Source of the DNA: Stegostoma tigrinum
Taxonomy: Eukaryota
Assembly: GCF_030684315.1 (NCBI RefSeq)
Contig: NC_081360.1
Span: 40,061,424-40,125,423, forward strand
Length of the DNA stretch: 64,000 nt
Direction: 5' to 3'
Both the position numbers and the translations under genes were made by a program. Under the pieces are notes generated by a model. That model was not told the DNA's origin. It was given only the letters and a program-made list of their open reading frames with translations, and did no database searches. This document shows positions 39,300 to 52,720 of this stretch, one piece after another; position 1 is the stretch's first letter, and every line of letters starts with the position of its first letter.

Positions 39300-40870
39300 T
39301 TGTTCCTCAGCAATGACAGCCTTGCAGTTATGACCTTTTTAATAGAGGAACCTTTCTTTGCTCCACAGCTTTGGCAAAGACTGTTATTGTTTGATGTCAG
39401 TCCAGCCTACTGTATTAGTTTTCCTGGTGTAACTTTTATGGTTTTATATCTTAAGAACGAAATAGATCTCCTATGCCCAGTTTTATCTCTCCTAGAATTG
39501 GCTTGCTTTGCTTCTGGACCTCTGCTTCACTCACTATCTGAATTGCTTTCTCTAGAGTGGGGTCTTCATTAGGCTGTAAAAAATAAATCTGTCAAAGATG
39601 CATCAGTAATGCTTTCATAAATCGAGTCTCTTATGAAGTCAGACTTTAAATCACCATGACCTTATTTCTCCATTAGACTCAAGAGGTCATGAACAATATT
39701 ATCTCGAGATCCACCAGAATACCACTCTTTTTCAAAATTTTGCCTTTCAGAACTTTATTAGTTCTAAGGTTAAAATAATTGTTAAAGATTTCAAACACCT
39801 CTCCGAATTTGTCCGAAGTTTTATTTACCTGTTGGTGAGCATTAACGTCATCTGCTATATTCGCAATTGTGTACAATTGTTACCTGTGTTGCCGCTTCAG
39901 GGAACTGTGGACCTACACGCCCAGGTCCATCTGAATGTTAGTGTTCCTAAGGGTTCTGTTATTTACAATATAATTCACACCTAAATTTGATCCTACAAAA
40001 TGCATCACCTCGTATTTGTCTGAATTAAACTCCATCTGCCATTTCTGTGCCGAAGTTGCCAATCTATCTATATCCTTGTATACTTTCACAATCATTGGCA
40101 CTATTAGCAACTTCCCTGAAATGAAATTTTCCAGGCAATATTATTTTTGATGCAACAATCTTTGAATTGAATTAGCCATTTTGTCTGCTTTAAAGTTATT
40201 TACTCTATAACAATGCACTTCACCTGTGCTCGCAGCTTTAATAGATATTTTCCCCAAGTTCCTGGCCTTGGTCCTGCTATATCTCTTTGTGTACTGGAAA
40301 AGAACTTATGTTCAACCAGACTTATGTATTTCTTTAAACTTCCCAATCACTCAGTTCTCCACTACTGGAATATATGAGATTTCTCTTAGCTTTGGTTTAC
40401 CAGCCTTGTTTTGTAGTATCCAGACGCGATAGCAATGATGCTCAATTGAAGTTGGAACATCTTTTAAAAATACTTGCCTTTTCAGCCTGAATTACTGAGC
40501 TATTTAAGGTTTCTCCTTTGGTACACAGGAATTTTGGTTTTGACTTATGCAATCCTTGGTGCACTGTTGGCTCACTGGCTACACTTGGACTGAAGATCAT
40601 TTGGTCAGATCACCACCTCACAACGTAGCCAGTATCTCTGCGTTAGAGTTACGGATTTCTTCTGCCCTGTGCCTCTCCTGCCAGGCCTCAAACAATTTCT
40701 GTGCCATTCTCTGAAATATTCTTCTGTATTGAGTGTTGCCATGAGGTTGGTAGGGTTCACTGTCATCAGTAGTCAAACTAACTGTTTTCTTTGAAATCTT
40801 CTGGGTTTTTCTTTTTTCCTGACTTTTGTTTTGAATGCCTAATTTCTAATTTCGCTTAGTTGGCGCCACG
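39300..40870 (-). mobile_element. Decayed gypsy-like remnant (gag) with a CR1 fragment at about 39880-40115
   Basis: Peptides FEIFNNYFNLRTNKV and IRDSIYESITD resemble the gag at 10620; WQMEFNSDKYEVMHF is CR1 RT; boundaries uncertain. Confidence 0.5.
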
Positions 40871-43244
40871 TGGACAAAGTCAGAAGTCACATTAGTCACT
40901 GCTGTTTAATGTGATGGCAGGGACTAACCACTGCCTCCATTTTGTGTCTGGGTTACATCAAACCCAAAGTGGTGTACTATGGATTAGGATTTCCTCTTTT
41001 CTGGTCAATAAGAAGTGCAACATTAGCTAAACAAAAATGAGCTTCCTTGTATTACTGCAGCTAAATACAGATTACATGAATATGACGCACAGTACTACAG
41101 AGACTGTTAGGAGCACACTAATGCTGCAGTTGTTTTCTACCAGCTCCTTCTTGCGATATCATCATTAGTCTGCTACAGCATGACTTTTGAAAAAGACACT
41201 TGGAAAGAAGATGGTTGACCTTCTATATCTGAAGGTTATGACAGCACAAGACTTTTGTGCTGCCAGGTTCTGCATAGCTAATCATGTTAGAAAAATACCA
41301 CATCAGATGGCCTGTAGAGATGTAAGCCTGTGATGGATTTTGGAAGTAATTTCATTTTTGATGTTGTTTAAAGCAAGCAGTATTGGATTGGCTCCCCACT
41401 GTATCTTTACTGATTTATCATATTTGTAAATAGGCATTTAAATGTCAGTTAATCAAATATTGTCCATTTATTCAATCATCAAATGTAAATCTGTGACAGA
41501 TTCCTTGTGAAACATTGGTATTAAGCAAAAGAAGTGTTGAATAGATGTAGGGAAACATCATCTGGGTGCAAATGGATTCAAATGTCAGTCTTTCGAGAAC
41601 TAAATTTCTTTATGTTATCTCCATATCAATTAGTCAATAAACAAAGAACAGCTGTAGTCAATCAATGTTTGGGTGTTACTAGACCATGGATATATTATTC
41701 TGCATGTTAATGGCTGTTATCCAGGATAATATTAGGCAATGGTCCACAGTGCCTGCATCTTTGAAAGGAAAGGATATAATAGCGAATGGGTAATGGGTTT
41801 TATTGGAGGGGATTGACCTCTCCCTGCATGTTTGCTGTGACAACTGAGAAATCAGCCAACAGCACAACCTGAAAACCTGAGCATCTGTTAAATGCTGTAC
41901 ATCTCTCACACAACTATGCAGGCGAATACACAAAATATTTTACCACAATTCAAGTGTGTGAGAAGCCACAATGGTTTGTGCTGAAATAAGACTTTGTGAG
42001 GATGTTTGGAAATTCCTATTTTTATATTATGTCCTCCTGGATAAGCTCCAGATGTAAAAATGGACGAAAGTGACAGATACACTCACCATCCTTTTCCTTC
42101 TTCTTCCTGAAAACTCATGCTTCATAAATTTGCAAGTGTTGGGCGTCTACATTGTAACATATATGTTTCTACTGGGACTTTCTGACCTGGTCTTCATTGT
42201 CCTATTCCCTGTACCACTTGCTTTTCCACATGTAGCTGGTGCCCTTTAGAGCTGATCCTTTAAGGGCAGGATTTTTCGATCTCTAGCTAAATATGCCACA
42301 GGTCATGTTCATCGGTCAAGCTTTCCCAGTGCTTGTGACTGAATCAAATTAGGTGGAGCAGTTCCCAAAGGAAATCTGGGCCAGGTCATAACTCAAAGCC
42401 TGCAACTTAGGACAAGTCAGTCCCATTTCAGCTATATAGAAAAAAAAACAGGGCTGCATAGTTCTTTAGTTATGTTTTGTTTAATTCACAGAAAAAGTTA
42501 AACTCTGAGTTATAGTTGACATCAATCCATGAAGCTTATGGATGTTGTGTTAACAGGAGCAGATCTCCAAAGGCTACCTCTCCCTATTCTCCTCATTAAA
42601 TACAATACCGTGACACAAGCTATTCATTTAACCATTATTTCCATGTTTTTTATAGTAACTGTAGGTTACAAGTACATCAACCCTAAATCAATAGGGAAAA
42701 GCTCGCATTTACTCTTTGTTCTTGAGCTGTTAAGTATTAGAGCAACAGTACAATGACACAGAATTGTAAAATTATATTCTATTCCATTAAATGCATAAAC
42801 CATACCTTACAATTTTCAAACAGAATAATGCATGAAAGAGAGTTGCAGTATTTGAAAAGTTATTATTATTTCAAACACACTACATTATTTGGTTGTAAAC
42901 CATTTAAAATAATTTTCAATATGACGTTGCTAGGCCTTATCATTAGGACCTTGATTAATCATAGATGGAACTAGCCAGTTAGAAGTTTTTTCATAATAAA
43001 AAGAGATATTTTAAATCGTAACATCAATGATGAGTTAATTAGAGGGAAGCACTTATTCCATAGCCACAGCATTTTCCAGCAAATTAATGGAAAAACTGAT
43101 ATTCTGATGTTTACGCATTTGAAAAATATAAAATGCCTATTATAATATTTGAAATGTATAAGATCATTTTTTGTACTCAAATGTAAGACAGGAACGACAT
43201 GCAAAGTATAGAGCAAACAATTATGCCTTTCTGCAAGTGGACAC

Positions 43245-43651
43245 TGAAATAGTTAAAAGCTGCATTACAGTTGACAGAATAGAAGCTTACAGATGAACAA
43301 GTGATGTGAAATGGCACAACTGTGCTGTCAGATCGAATATAGTCAAACCTATCCTAACTTCAACATCTACCACAATACAAGGAAGCAAAACTTCTCATTC
43401 TAGTTGATTTTGTTGGCAAGTGATTGGAACGAGATCAGCCAGGTGGACCTCATAGAATATAAGTTCCCCGATCGGGGCTGTTAATCAGGTCCAATCAGGG
43501 AGCCCTGACTGACAGATAAAAACAGGAGTGGTAGGGGTTCTGTTCACTTTTGAAGCCAGCTCTGAGCTAGCTGTGTCAGTATCGAGCACTATGCATGTGT
43601 AAATAAAGGGTGACTTGGTGACAGGATACCAGGCTTTGTGGAGCTATTTCA
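43245..43651 (+). mobile_element. Candidate solo LTR
   Basis: TGAAATAG...CTATTTCA inverted termini, CCAAT, GATAAAA and AATAAA in order; no TSD, left boundary uncertain. Confidence 0.4.
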
Positions 43652-43759
43652 ATGAGCAAGCTAAGGCACTTGAGATGGAGTCATGAATTTCTTTTTAAAG
43701 GATTCATTAACTTGACTTTTAGTTAACTTATTGGCATTTCTTGCTGATCAATGTTCTTC

Positions 43760-46030
43760 ACTCTAGGCTAAATGGTAAAGATAGTACCAAACTTAAAGAA
43801 AACATAAATTTGTACAAAAGACAAATGGCAAGTCATTGGACAAAATATTAAAAACTGTGAACAATAACCAAAAGGTTGATGGGAAAATAATTAGAGTACA
43901 AGGGAAAACTAGTCAGAAAAATAAAACCGATAGTAAGAATTTCTATAAATATTTTAAAAAAAACAATAGTTCACAATGTGAGTGTTGTTCTATGGAAAAT
44001 GTGTCTGGAGAATTGATAATGGAAAATAAGGAGACAGTATTTGAATTGAACAGATATTTTTGCATTGCTCTTTACCATAGAGGATGAAAGTAATATTCTG
44101 AAAGAAAAAGTAAATCAACAAATAAAATGGAGAGAATTCAGTAGAATCACAATCACTTTGGAACTGCAAACTGACAACTGCCCAGGTCTTGATGGACTTC
44201 ATCTTTAAAAAACATTTCCAGTGGGATGATTGATGCATTGGTTTTACTTTTCCAAAACTCCCTTTGACTGGGGAATAGTCTCACTAGATTTGCAAATAGC
44301 AAATGTAATTCCTTCAGTCAAAAACAGAGGATGCAGAAAGCAGGAAACTGAAGGCCACCCTCCATCAGAGAGAGAATGTTGAGAAGTTATAGCTGGATGC
44401 TTACATTAATTCAAAGTAATCAGGCAGAGTCAGAGTTTTGTGTAAAGTAAATTGTGTTTGACAAATGTATTGGAGGTCTTTGGGGAGATAATCTGTACAC
44501 TGAATAAAGAACAGTTTGATTTGCTGTATTAAGATTTTCAGCAAGCATTTAATAAAGCACCATATCGAAGGTTATAGTGGAAAATAAAATCTCGCAGTGT
44601 AGCATAATGGCACAGATAGTTGATAGGCAGGCTAACTGAAAACAGTGTAGTCATAAATGTTTTTTTTCCAGGGTGCCAAAATGTAAGGAGTGACGTGTGA
44701 CAGGGATTGGTGCCGAGATCATAGCTGTTAACATTTATATCCATGGCTTTGGTGAATGGACAGAACATTTGGTTGCCAAATGTGCTGGATGAGTATGAAG
44801 GTACGTTGTGAAGAAGATTTTAAAAAAGGTACAAAAAAATTTCATAGGTTAAATGAGTGAGAAAAGGTGTGGTAAATGGGATATAATGTGGGAAAATAAG
44901 AAGTTGTCCATTCAAACATCAGAGTGCCCAAACACCTCTATATCTTAAAGCTCTGCAATCCCTCATCATTTAGATAAGAATATAAAAGAAGCAAGTTCTC
45001 TAAATGATGAGAGCTTGCACAGCTTTGAGATATATAGGCATTTGGGTGTCTTAATGCTGAAGGTTAATATACAGTTTTGGCAAGTAATTGGGATAAGCAA
45101 TAGATAAATAGGTTATTATTTATTGTGAGGGAAATCAAAGAGCAACGTAGGGAAGTTATGCTTCAGTTATACAGGGCATTACTGAGACCACATCAGGAGC
45201 ACTGTACACAGTCTTGGTCACCTTATTGAAGCATTGGAAGCAGTTCAGAAGTTGACCAGACCAATACCTGGAATAGATCACAGAATCCCTACAGTGTGGA
45301 AACAGGCCCTTCAGCCCTACAAGTCCATAACCAACCCTCAGAGTATCCCACCCCGACCCATTCCCCGAAAACCCACCAAATCCACACATCCCTGAACACT
45401 ACGGGCAATTTACCTAGCCAGCACATTTTTGGGCTGAGGGAGGAAACCAGAGTATCCGGACAAAAACTGCACAGACAGAGGGAGAATGTACAAACACCAC
45501 ACAGACAGTCACCTGAGGGTAGAATCGAACCTGGATCCCTGGTGCTGTGAGGCTGCAGTGCTAACCACTGAGCCACCGTGCCACCCTGAACGGGTTGTTT
45601 TGAGAAAAGGATAGGTAAGCTAGCTTTGTACTTGCTGGAGTTTAGAAGAGTATGAAGTGACTTGATCGAAATATATAAGATCATGAAGAGTTTTGACAGG
45701 TAAATGTGGTGGGGATGTTTCCTCTTATGAGACAACCTGGAAGTAGTGGTCACTCTTTAGAAATCACAGCTGTTCATTTGAAACAGGGTGAGATGATTTT
45801 ATCCCTCTCTGTCAGAGGGCTTGAGTCTTTTAAACTCTCTTCCTGAAAAGATGATGGAAGCAGAGTCTTTGAAACTTTAAACACAGAGATAGATCCATTC
45901 TTGTTAAGCAAGGGGCTGGAAGATTATTGAGGGCAGTTGGCAATGCCAATCTGAGGTTACAAACTGATCAAGTATGATCTTAATTAATGGTGGGGCAAGC
46001 TCAAAGACTTGAAAGATTCTTGCTTCTTGT
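43760..46030 (+). mobile_element. Old decayed CR1 LINE (ORF2 to 3' end) interrupted by a SINE
   Basis: KTDSKNFYKYFK, SGELIMENKETVFELNRYF; DFQQAFNK-like motif near 44533. Confidence 0.75.
45275..45587 (-). mobile_element. tRNA-derived SINE (HE1/V-SINE type)
   Basis: Reverse complement GGTGGCACGGTGGCTCAGTGGTTAGCACTGC...GGTTCGATTC. Confidence 0.9.
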
Positions 46031-46639
46031 TTGGATGCAAGTCTCATTAAATTTGTCATTATGCATTAATGCTGAAAATAATCTCAGATGGGTATCCACT
46101 GAGTCCAATTATAATATCAGTTGCAGCTTGGATATGTTCAGACCTACAATCCCCAGAATATGTAATGTTGGTGAACACATGTTCAACTGTCTCTTTTCTA
46201 CTAAAGTTGTTAAAGCCTCCATGAGGGCACTGGTCTACCCCACAGTCTACCAACTGACAGTTCATGACATGACATTGATGCTGTAAGACTGTGTACTTCA
46301 GATGGTCACAGATGTCAATCTATTGTTCAGATTTGCTAGCACTGTTATTTTAATTGCACACATGAAAACATATCTATACCATAAAGTTAGTCACCATGCT
46401 AAAAGAAATAGCACATTTAAAAAAAATGTGTACTGTCAAAAAGCAAACATGGAACATGCATATTTAACTTAAACATAATGAGATTATTAATCCAATGATA
46501 CTTCATTACTTTGATGCTACTTTTTTACATTCTGCATCCACAATAAGTAAATCATGCAAGAATTTTATGTATCATTATTCATAGATCAGGAGTTACAATG
46601 AAGATTCCATTTGCAGTACTCTCAGTCATGAATGTGTTA

Positions 46640-46897
<258 letters not shown>

Positions 46898-48508
46898 TTA
46901 GAACCTCGTACTGTTTTGCCGAACACTTTGTAATTATGTATCCCTTGGCTTTCAACATGCTGACACCTTGTATGTAAATTTTATTTTCTAGTGAAGTAAA
47001 CGTTAGCAATTTCAAGCTCAACGATTATTTAGAAGTGGTGTGTCAATCTGGCAGACAGCTAGCGAGACATTGTATTAATAATAACCTGTAACAAGGCTAA
47101 ATTTAATCAGCAACTTTTCAAAACATATCCAAGACTTTTCTTTTGAGTCTCAGCATAAACTCATTTTCAACAGATAGGATATATATGCAAAGCTAATGCA
47201 TTTGTATTTTTACAGGCTGTGACTTGAATATCTTAAGCCTCAACCACTTCTCTATATTATGCTCAAAATCAGTCTAAAACCCACTTTAAGAAGAAGTGAT
47301 TAAAAATAAAGTTGTACAGGCCATATTTTAACAATAGTTAATTTATCCTTTACATTTTTTCAAAACTTTGACAGCATGAGGAAGAAAAATAAATTGACTT
47401 TAAAATAGTTGTTAGAATGGTCATACTGGACCGTGTCAAAATGCTGATCATTCATAAATTTAAAATGCAGTCTTCTGTATGTTTTTGCAACTTTATTTTA
47501 GTAGAATTACTATGGTTTCAGAACCACAGAATTTTGGTCTTTGAACAATCAGAAAAAGTTTTTTTTTGCAGCATTGAAAGCATAGAAAATTTACTTGGGT
47601 GTTTCCAAGAACTATCTATAATTGTGGTTAGGCAAATAATTACCCACCTTTGCCATTCAGCTTGTGATAATTATCCAGTTTAAAATAAGTGTATTTGTAC
47701 CATTAAGACCTAGCACTTTTTCAACATTGAATTCAACAGTATTTCACAACTTTCTTCACATCTACACTCAGTTAATCTATCTAATTACTCCAATTCCCTT
47801 ATTTATGTTTTCATTCTGCAGTAAAAATAAAAAAGTAAATTGGTCATTCAAAATTTCCACCATTCCTTCATCCTTCATATGCATCTCTAAATCTTTCACT
47901 ATTTCTCTTTTTTATTCTCCATGCTGTTATTTCTCACACTTTTGTTTTCCTTTTTTGCTTTCCTTCTATTTTCTATGTGGTTTGTTTATATTTGCTTATT
48001 AGTACTGGATTTTGTCATCTGCATTTTTTAACTTCTTTTAGTTTGTTCTGCAATAAATGTAAGTTTTACTTCATGTCTACTTCCTGTGTTACTATATCTT
48101 GTTGATATCCAAATTAACTGCTATTTGAAAGATTCAGGTATTTACTAACCCACCTACGAATGTTAATTCTAATTTATCTGCATTGAGCTCATAATTGGCC
48201 TAGTGAAAATATTTTTTACAACTGAGTATCTTGGACTGATTTATACTGAAATTAATTATGTTATGGTCTCTGCTTCCGAGTTATTGTCTTATCCTCTTAA
48301 TATCTATTTGTTAAATATTAATTCCTAAAACTCACTGCAGTATTGGATTTGTTGCGTAAAATTTTTACTTTAAACCAAATCTGTGAATAATGAAAGTCAC
48401 CCATTATTACTTACCAGAAATAATGGGAACTGCAGATGCTAGAGAATCCAAGACAACAAAATGTGAGGCTGGATGAACACAGCAGGCCAAGCAGCATCTC
48501 AGGAGCAC

Positions 48509-48631
48509 AAAAGCTGACGTTTCGGGCCTAGACCCTTCACAAAAGCTGACGTTTCGGGCCTAGACCCTTCACAAATGCTGACGTTTCGGGCCTAGACCCT
48601 TCACAAAAGCTGACGTTTCGGGCCTAGATCC
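48509..48631. repeat. About 3.8 tandem copies of a 32-bp unit AAAAGCTGACGTTTCGGGCCTAGACCCTTCAC
   Basis: Units start at 48509, 48541, 48573 and 48605. Confidence 0.95.
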
Positions 48632-49516
48632 GACACCAACACCCAAGACATTTTTCCATCCCCACCCCTGTCTGCTTTCCAGAGAGACCACTCTCTCCGT
48701 GACTCCCTTGTTCGCTCCACACTGCCCTCCAACCCCACCACACCCGGCACCTTCCCCTGCAACCGCAGGAAATGCTACACTTGCTCCCACACCACCGCCC
48801 TCACCCCTATCCCAGGCCCCAAGATGACATTCCACATTAAGCAGAGGTTCACCTGCACATCTGCCAAAAGTGGTATACTGCACCCACTGTACCCGGTGTG
48901 GCTTCCTCTACATTGGGGAAACCAAGCGGAGGCTTGGAGACTGCTTTGCAGAACACCTCCGCTCAGTTCGCAACAAACTACTGCACCTCCCAGTCGCAAA
49001 CCATTTCCACTCCCCCTCCCATTCTTTAGATGACATGTCCATCATGGGCCTCCTGCAGTGCCACAATGATGCCACCCGAAGGTTGCAGGAACAGCAACTC
49101 ATATTCCGCCTGGGAACCCTGCAGCCTAATGGTATCAATGTGGACTTCACCAGTTTCAAAATCTCACCTTCCCCAACTGCATCCCTAAACCAGCCCAGTT
49201 CGTCCCCTCCCCCCACTGCACCACACAACCAGCCCAGCTCCTCCACTCCACCCACTGCATCCCAAAACCAGTCCAACCTGTCTCCGCCTCCCTAACCTGT
49301 TCTTCCTCTCACCCATCCCTTCCTCCCACCCCAAGCCGCACCTCCATCTACCTACTAACCTCATCCCACCTCCTTGACCTGTCCGTCTTCCCTGGACTGA
49401 CCTATCCCCTCCCTACCTCCCCACCTATACTCTCTCCACCTATCTTCTTTTCTCTCCATCTTCGGTCCGCCTCCCCCTCTCTCCCTATTTATTCCAGAAC
49501 CCTCTCCCCATTCCCC

Positions 49517-49553
49517 CTCTCTGATGAAGGGTCTAGGCCTGAAACATCAGCTT
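49517..49553 (+). ncRNA. Minimal hammerhead ribozyme motif in the PLE 3' pLTR (this copy mutated)
   Basis: CTGATGA (49521-49527), A, stem GGG-TCTAGG-CCT, GAAAC, ATC; helix I pairing is very short. Confidence 0.6.
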
Positions 49554-50024
49554 TTGTGCTCCTGAAATGCTGCTTGGCCTGCTGTGTTCATCCAGCCTCA
49601 CATTTTGTTGTCATTATTACTTACTTGTTGTTTGTGCATTTTGTTCAACTTATGTGAAAATCTCTCTCTTCTTATTTGTCAGTCCGTAATAAACTCCCAA
49701 AAGAATTATTTTCCTCTCCTTATTCTTTAACAACAATTGAATAATTTTGTATTTCACCACCTATTTCACTTTGACATTCAAGTGCTCTAATGGAATTTTT
49801 GATCATGTAACAAAATATTTTTTTCTACTTTAATTCTCCTAAATGGTTTGTGTTTAAGGATATTTAGTCCAAATCCAGCTGCAGCTCAAGTTCTGCCTCT
49901 GTTAGCTACATCAAGCCACCACAACAATTTTTGTTTGTAGTTCATCAATTTTATTCAAAATAATATGGACATTTACACTGGGGTCATTCAAAGCTGCCTC
50001 CGTTTGACGGTCTTACACTTTTTT

Positions 50025-50725
50025 TATTTATTCATTTTGTGGGATGTGGGCACACTGGCTGGCCAGCAGTTATTGCCTGTTTCTGGTTGCCCTTGAGAAG
50101 GTGGCAGTGAGCTGCCTTCGTGAACCGTCGCAGCCCACCTGTTGTAGGTTGACCCACAATGTCATTAGGCAGGGAATTCCAGGATTTTGTCCCAGCAACA
50201 GTGAAGGAACAATGATAAATTTCCAAGTCAGGATGGTGAGTGCCTTTGAGGGGAACGTGAAGGTGATGGTGTTCCCATTTATCTGCTGCCCTTGTCCTTT
50301 TAGTTAGAAGTGGTTGAGGGTTTGGAAGGTGCTGTCTGAAGATCTTTGGTGAATTTCTGCAATGCTTTAGGTGGATAGTACACACTGCTGCAATTAAGCA
50401 TCAGTGGTGGAGGGAGTGAATATTTGTGGATATAGTGCCAATCAAGCAGGCTGCTTTGTCCTGGACGGTGTCAAGTTTCTTTGGTGTTATTGGAGCTGCC
50501 CTCTTCCAGGCATGTGGGGAGTATTCTTTCACACCCCTGACTTGTAGATGATGGGCAAGCTTTGGGGAATCAGGAAGTAAGTTACCTGCCTCAGATTCCT
50601 CGCCTCTGACCTGCTTTTGTAGCCACTGCATTTATGTGGTGAATCCAGTTGAGTTTCTGATCAATGGTAACTCCGAGGATAGTGAGAGTGGGGGATTCAG
50701 TGATAATAACACCATTGAGTGGCAA
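50025..50725 (-). mobile_element. LINE 3' fragment, family of 8550-10265
   Basis: QVRGVKEYSPHAWKRAAPITPKKLDTVQDKAACLI; SFTVAGTKSWNSLP. Confidence 0.82.
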
Positions 50726-51129
50726 GAGGCTGATTTGTTTTTCTCTCTCTGTTTTTCTTCTGTTTTACCTGTTTAGTTTACTCCCAGATGGACACATTCT
50801 CCTGGAGCTACAATCAACCTGTGATTCAAATTTTACTCTTTTGTCATTCTGGTTTAATCTTTTTCACACTGCTCTTTTTCTCTTTTTAGATTGTCCATGT
50901 ACTTTGCCAATTCTGCTCCTCATTTTGGTGTTCTCATTTACTTATTTTCCATTTTTCCACCAAATTTATTTTAATTCTAGTTATGCAATCACTGTAGATA
51001 ATGAAGAAGCACTTCTGGTTTGTATTTGTCTAACTAGTCTTCAATTTGATTGCAATATTCCAAGAATATTTAATATGAGTTCTTCTTTTCCTATACTTTC
51101 AATCCAATCAGATACTTATCACCCAATGT

Positions 51130-51445
51130 TCCTAGTCCTATCCAGATGACCATATGATATTGCAATTATTAACTGGGAGTCCTACTCTGGAATTGTAAAT
51201 TACTCTCAGTAACAGTGACTATGAAACTATCGCTGATTGCCATAACAACTCCTCTGGTTCACCAATACCTTTTTAGAGGAAGAAATCTGCTATCCCTATT
51301 TTGTCTGGCATACATGTGACTTCAGCAATGAATTTGACTCTTAATTATTCTCTGAAAATGGCTGAGAAAACCAGTTTAAGGGCAACTAAGGATGGATGAC
51401 TATTTGTGGTTTTGCCAATGACATCAACATTGCATGATTTTCTTT
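51130..51445 (+). mobile_element. SINE of the second family
   Basis: CTGGTTCACCAATACCTTTT...GAAATCTGC...GTCTGGCATACATGTGACT...GGGCAACTAAGGATGG. Confidence 0.6.
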
Positions 51446-51530
51446 TTAAAAATCTTCTTCACCCACCTCTGAATTTCTAAGAGTCTCATTGATCAAAGCT
51501 TTGCTAATGATCTGTAGCTCAGGGTGTAGG

Positions 51531-52071
51531 TGAGGTTGTTAACTTGCTCGCCAAGCTGGCTTGTTCTCGTTCAGGAGTTTCATCACCATGCTAGGTGACA
51601 TCATCAGTGGAGCCTCCGATGAAGTGATGTTATCGTACTCTGCTTGGAATTTATACTGTCCGGTCCGTTGTCATTTCGGGTTTTGATCTGTATGGGTTTG
51701 TATATGGAGTCCAATTCTACGTGTTTGTTGAATGCACGTCAAACTCTCTTTAACATCAGTACACTCAGACAATGAAAGCCATCATTTTGACTGGGACGAG
51801 ATAACAATAGTAGTCCAAGCCAAACGTAGACATGCACGGAAATTCCTACAGGCATGGCTCTCCACCCATAAAGCAATCAACAAACACATGGAATTGGACC
51901 CCATATACAAACCCATGCAGATCAAAATCAGAAATGACAGTACTCACCATAACAGACCGTATAAATTCCAAGTGGAGTAGAATAACACCTCTTCATTGGA
52001 GGCTCCACCTGGCATGGTTACAATATGTCTGAACAAGTACAAGCCAGCTTGGCGAGCAAGTCAACAACCTC
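51531..52071 (+). mobile_element. Second Penelope-like family: GIY-YIG C-terminus flanked by about 200-bp inverted repeats
   Basis: HSDNESHHFDWDEITIVVQAKRRHARKFLQAW...AIN; 51531-51732 is the reverse complement of about 51874-52071. Confidence 0.8.
51572..51611 (-). ncRNA. Minimal hammerhead ribozyme motif
   Basis: Minus strand: CTGATGA-T-GTCACC-TAGCAT-GGTGAT-GAAAC-TC. Confidence 0.62.
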
Positions 52072-52199
52072 CGAAAAGCCTCTTTGATCTCAGGTCTGTT
52101 CTTCTTATATATTCAACTATGAGCTATGCCAAAGGATTTGTTTTTCTCTCCATCTTTTTCTTCTGTTTTACCTGCCTGCTTTACCCCTGGAGCCATAAG

Positions 52200-52720
52200 G
52201 AAACTGTGGCTCAAATGTTCCAATGGCCTGATAATAGTTCTGAAGTATGGATGAGAGTTGAGTATGGGGACCCCACAGAATCTCTATTGCAACAGGAAAT
52301 TGAAGATTTTGCTGGGCGCTGCCCCTACACCCAGAGTCCTCTCTAGCATCAAGTTCTCTATCTTTCTCCATTTTAACAATGTGGTACTTTTGTAATCTTC
52401 CTTCCAAATAAACAGATTCATAATATACTTTGTCTTCCAAATTTCTGTGCGCTCAGTCAATCTATCTATATTCCTTTGCAGGCTCACTACCTCTATTTGA
52501 CAACTTATTTTGCTGCTTATTCTTGAATTAATGGCAAATTTATCTCTCATACCCTTCAGTCACATCACAGATACAGATTACAAATAATTGAAGCCACAAC
52601 ACTGATCCCTCTGGCACTCTACAGCCTGTCAGCCATAAAAACAAAAGACCCATTCACCCCTAGTCTCTGGGATGAGGAGAAATGGCTTCTCTCAGAGAAT
52701 TGTGAGTCTTTGAAATCAGA
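52200..52720 (-). mobile_element. Old CR1 RT fragments
   Basis: VSLQRNIDRLTERTEIW resembles CR1 LQxDLDRLxEW. Confidence 0.55.

Larger units (their letters stand above)
48415..49611 (+). mobile_element. Penelope-like element: inverted pLTR, tandem array, 5'-truncated GIY-YIG body and 3' pLTR; 13-bp TSD
   Basis: TSD CATTATTACTTAC at 48402-48414 and 49612-49624; VYCTHCTRCGFLYIGETKRRL...LGTLQPNGIN. Confidence 0.93.

Noticed and set aside
42087-42106. Possible 20-nt microexon on the minus strand (TTTTCAG/GAAGAAGAAGGAAAAGGATG/GTGAGT)
   Set aside because: Weak polypyrimidine tract, frameshifting length, no homology; such motifs arise by chance and need RNA-seq
45520-45587. tRNA genes at SINE heads (also 6130-6197, 11751-11815, 31380-31449)
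   Set aside because: They continue into SINE core and tail; tRNA-derived heads, not tRNA genes
47417-48002. Hydrophobic ORFs resembling membrane proteins (also 50664-51149)
   Set aside because: Products of T-rich low-complexity intron sequence with no recognisable family
48509-48631. CRISPR-like array of 32-bp repeats
   Set aside because: No spacers, no cas genes, eukaryotic context; the unit is part of the Penelope pLTR
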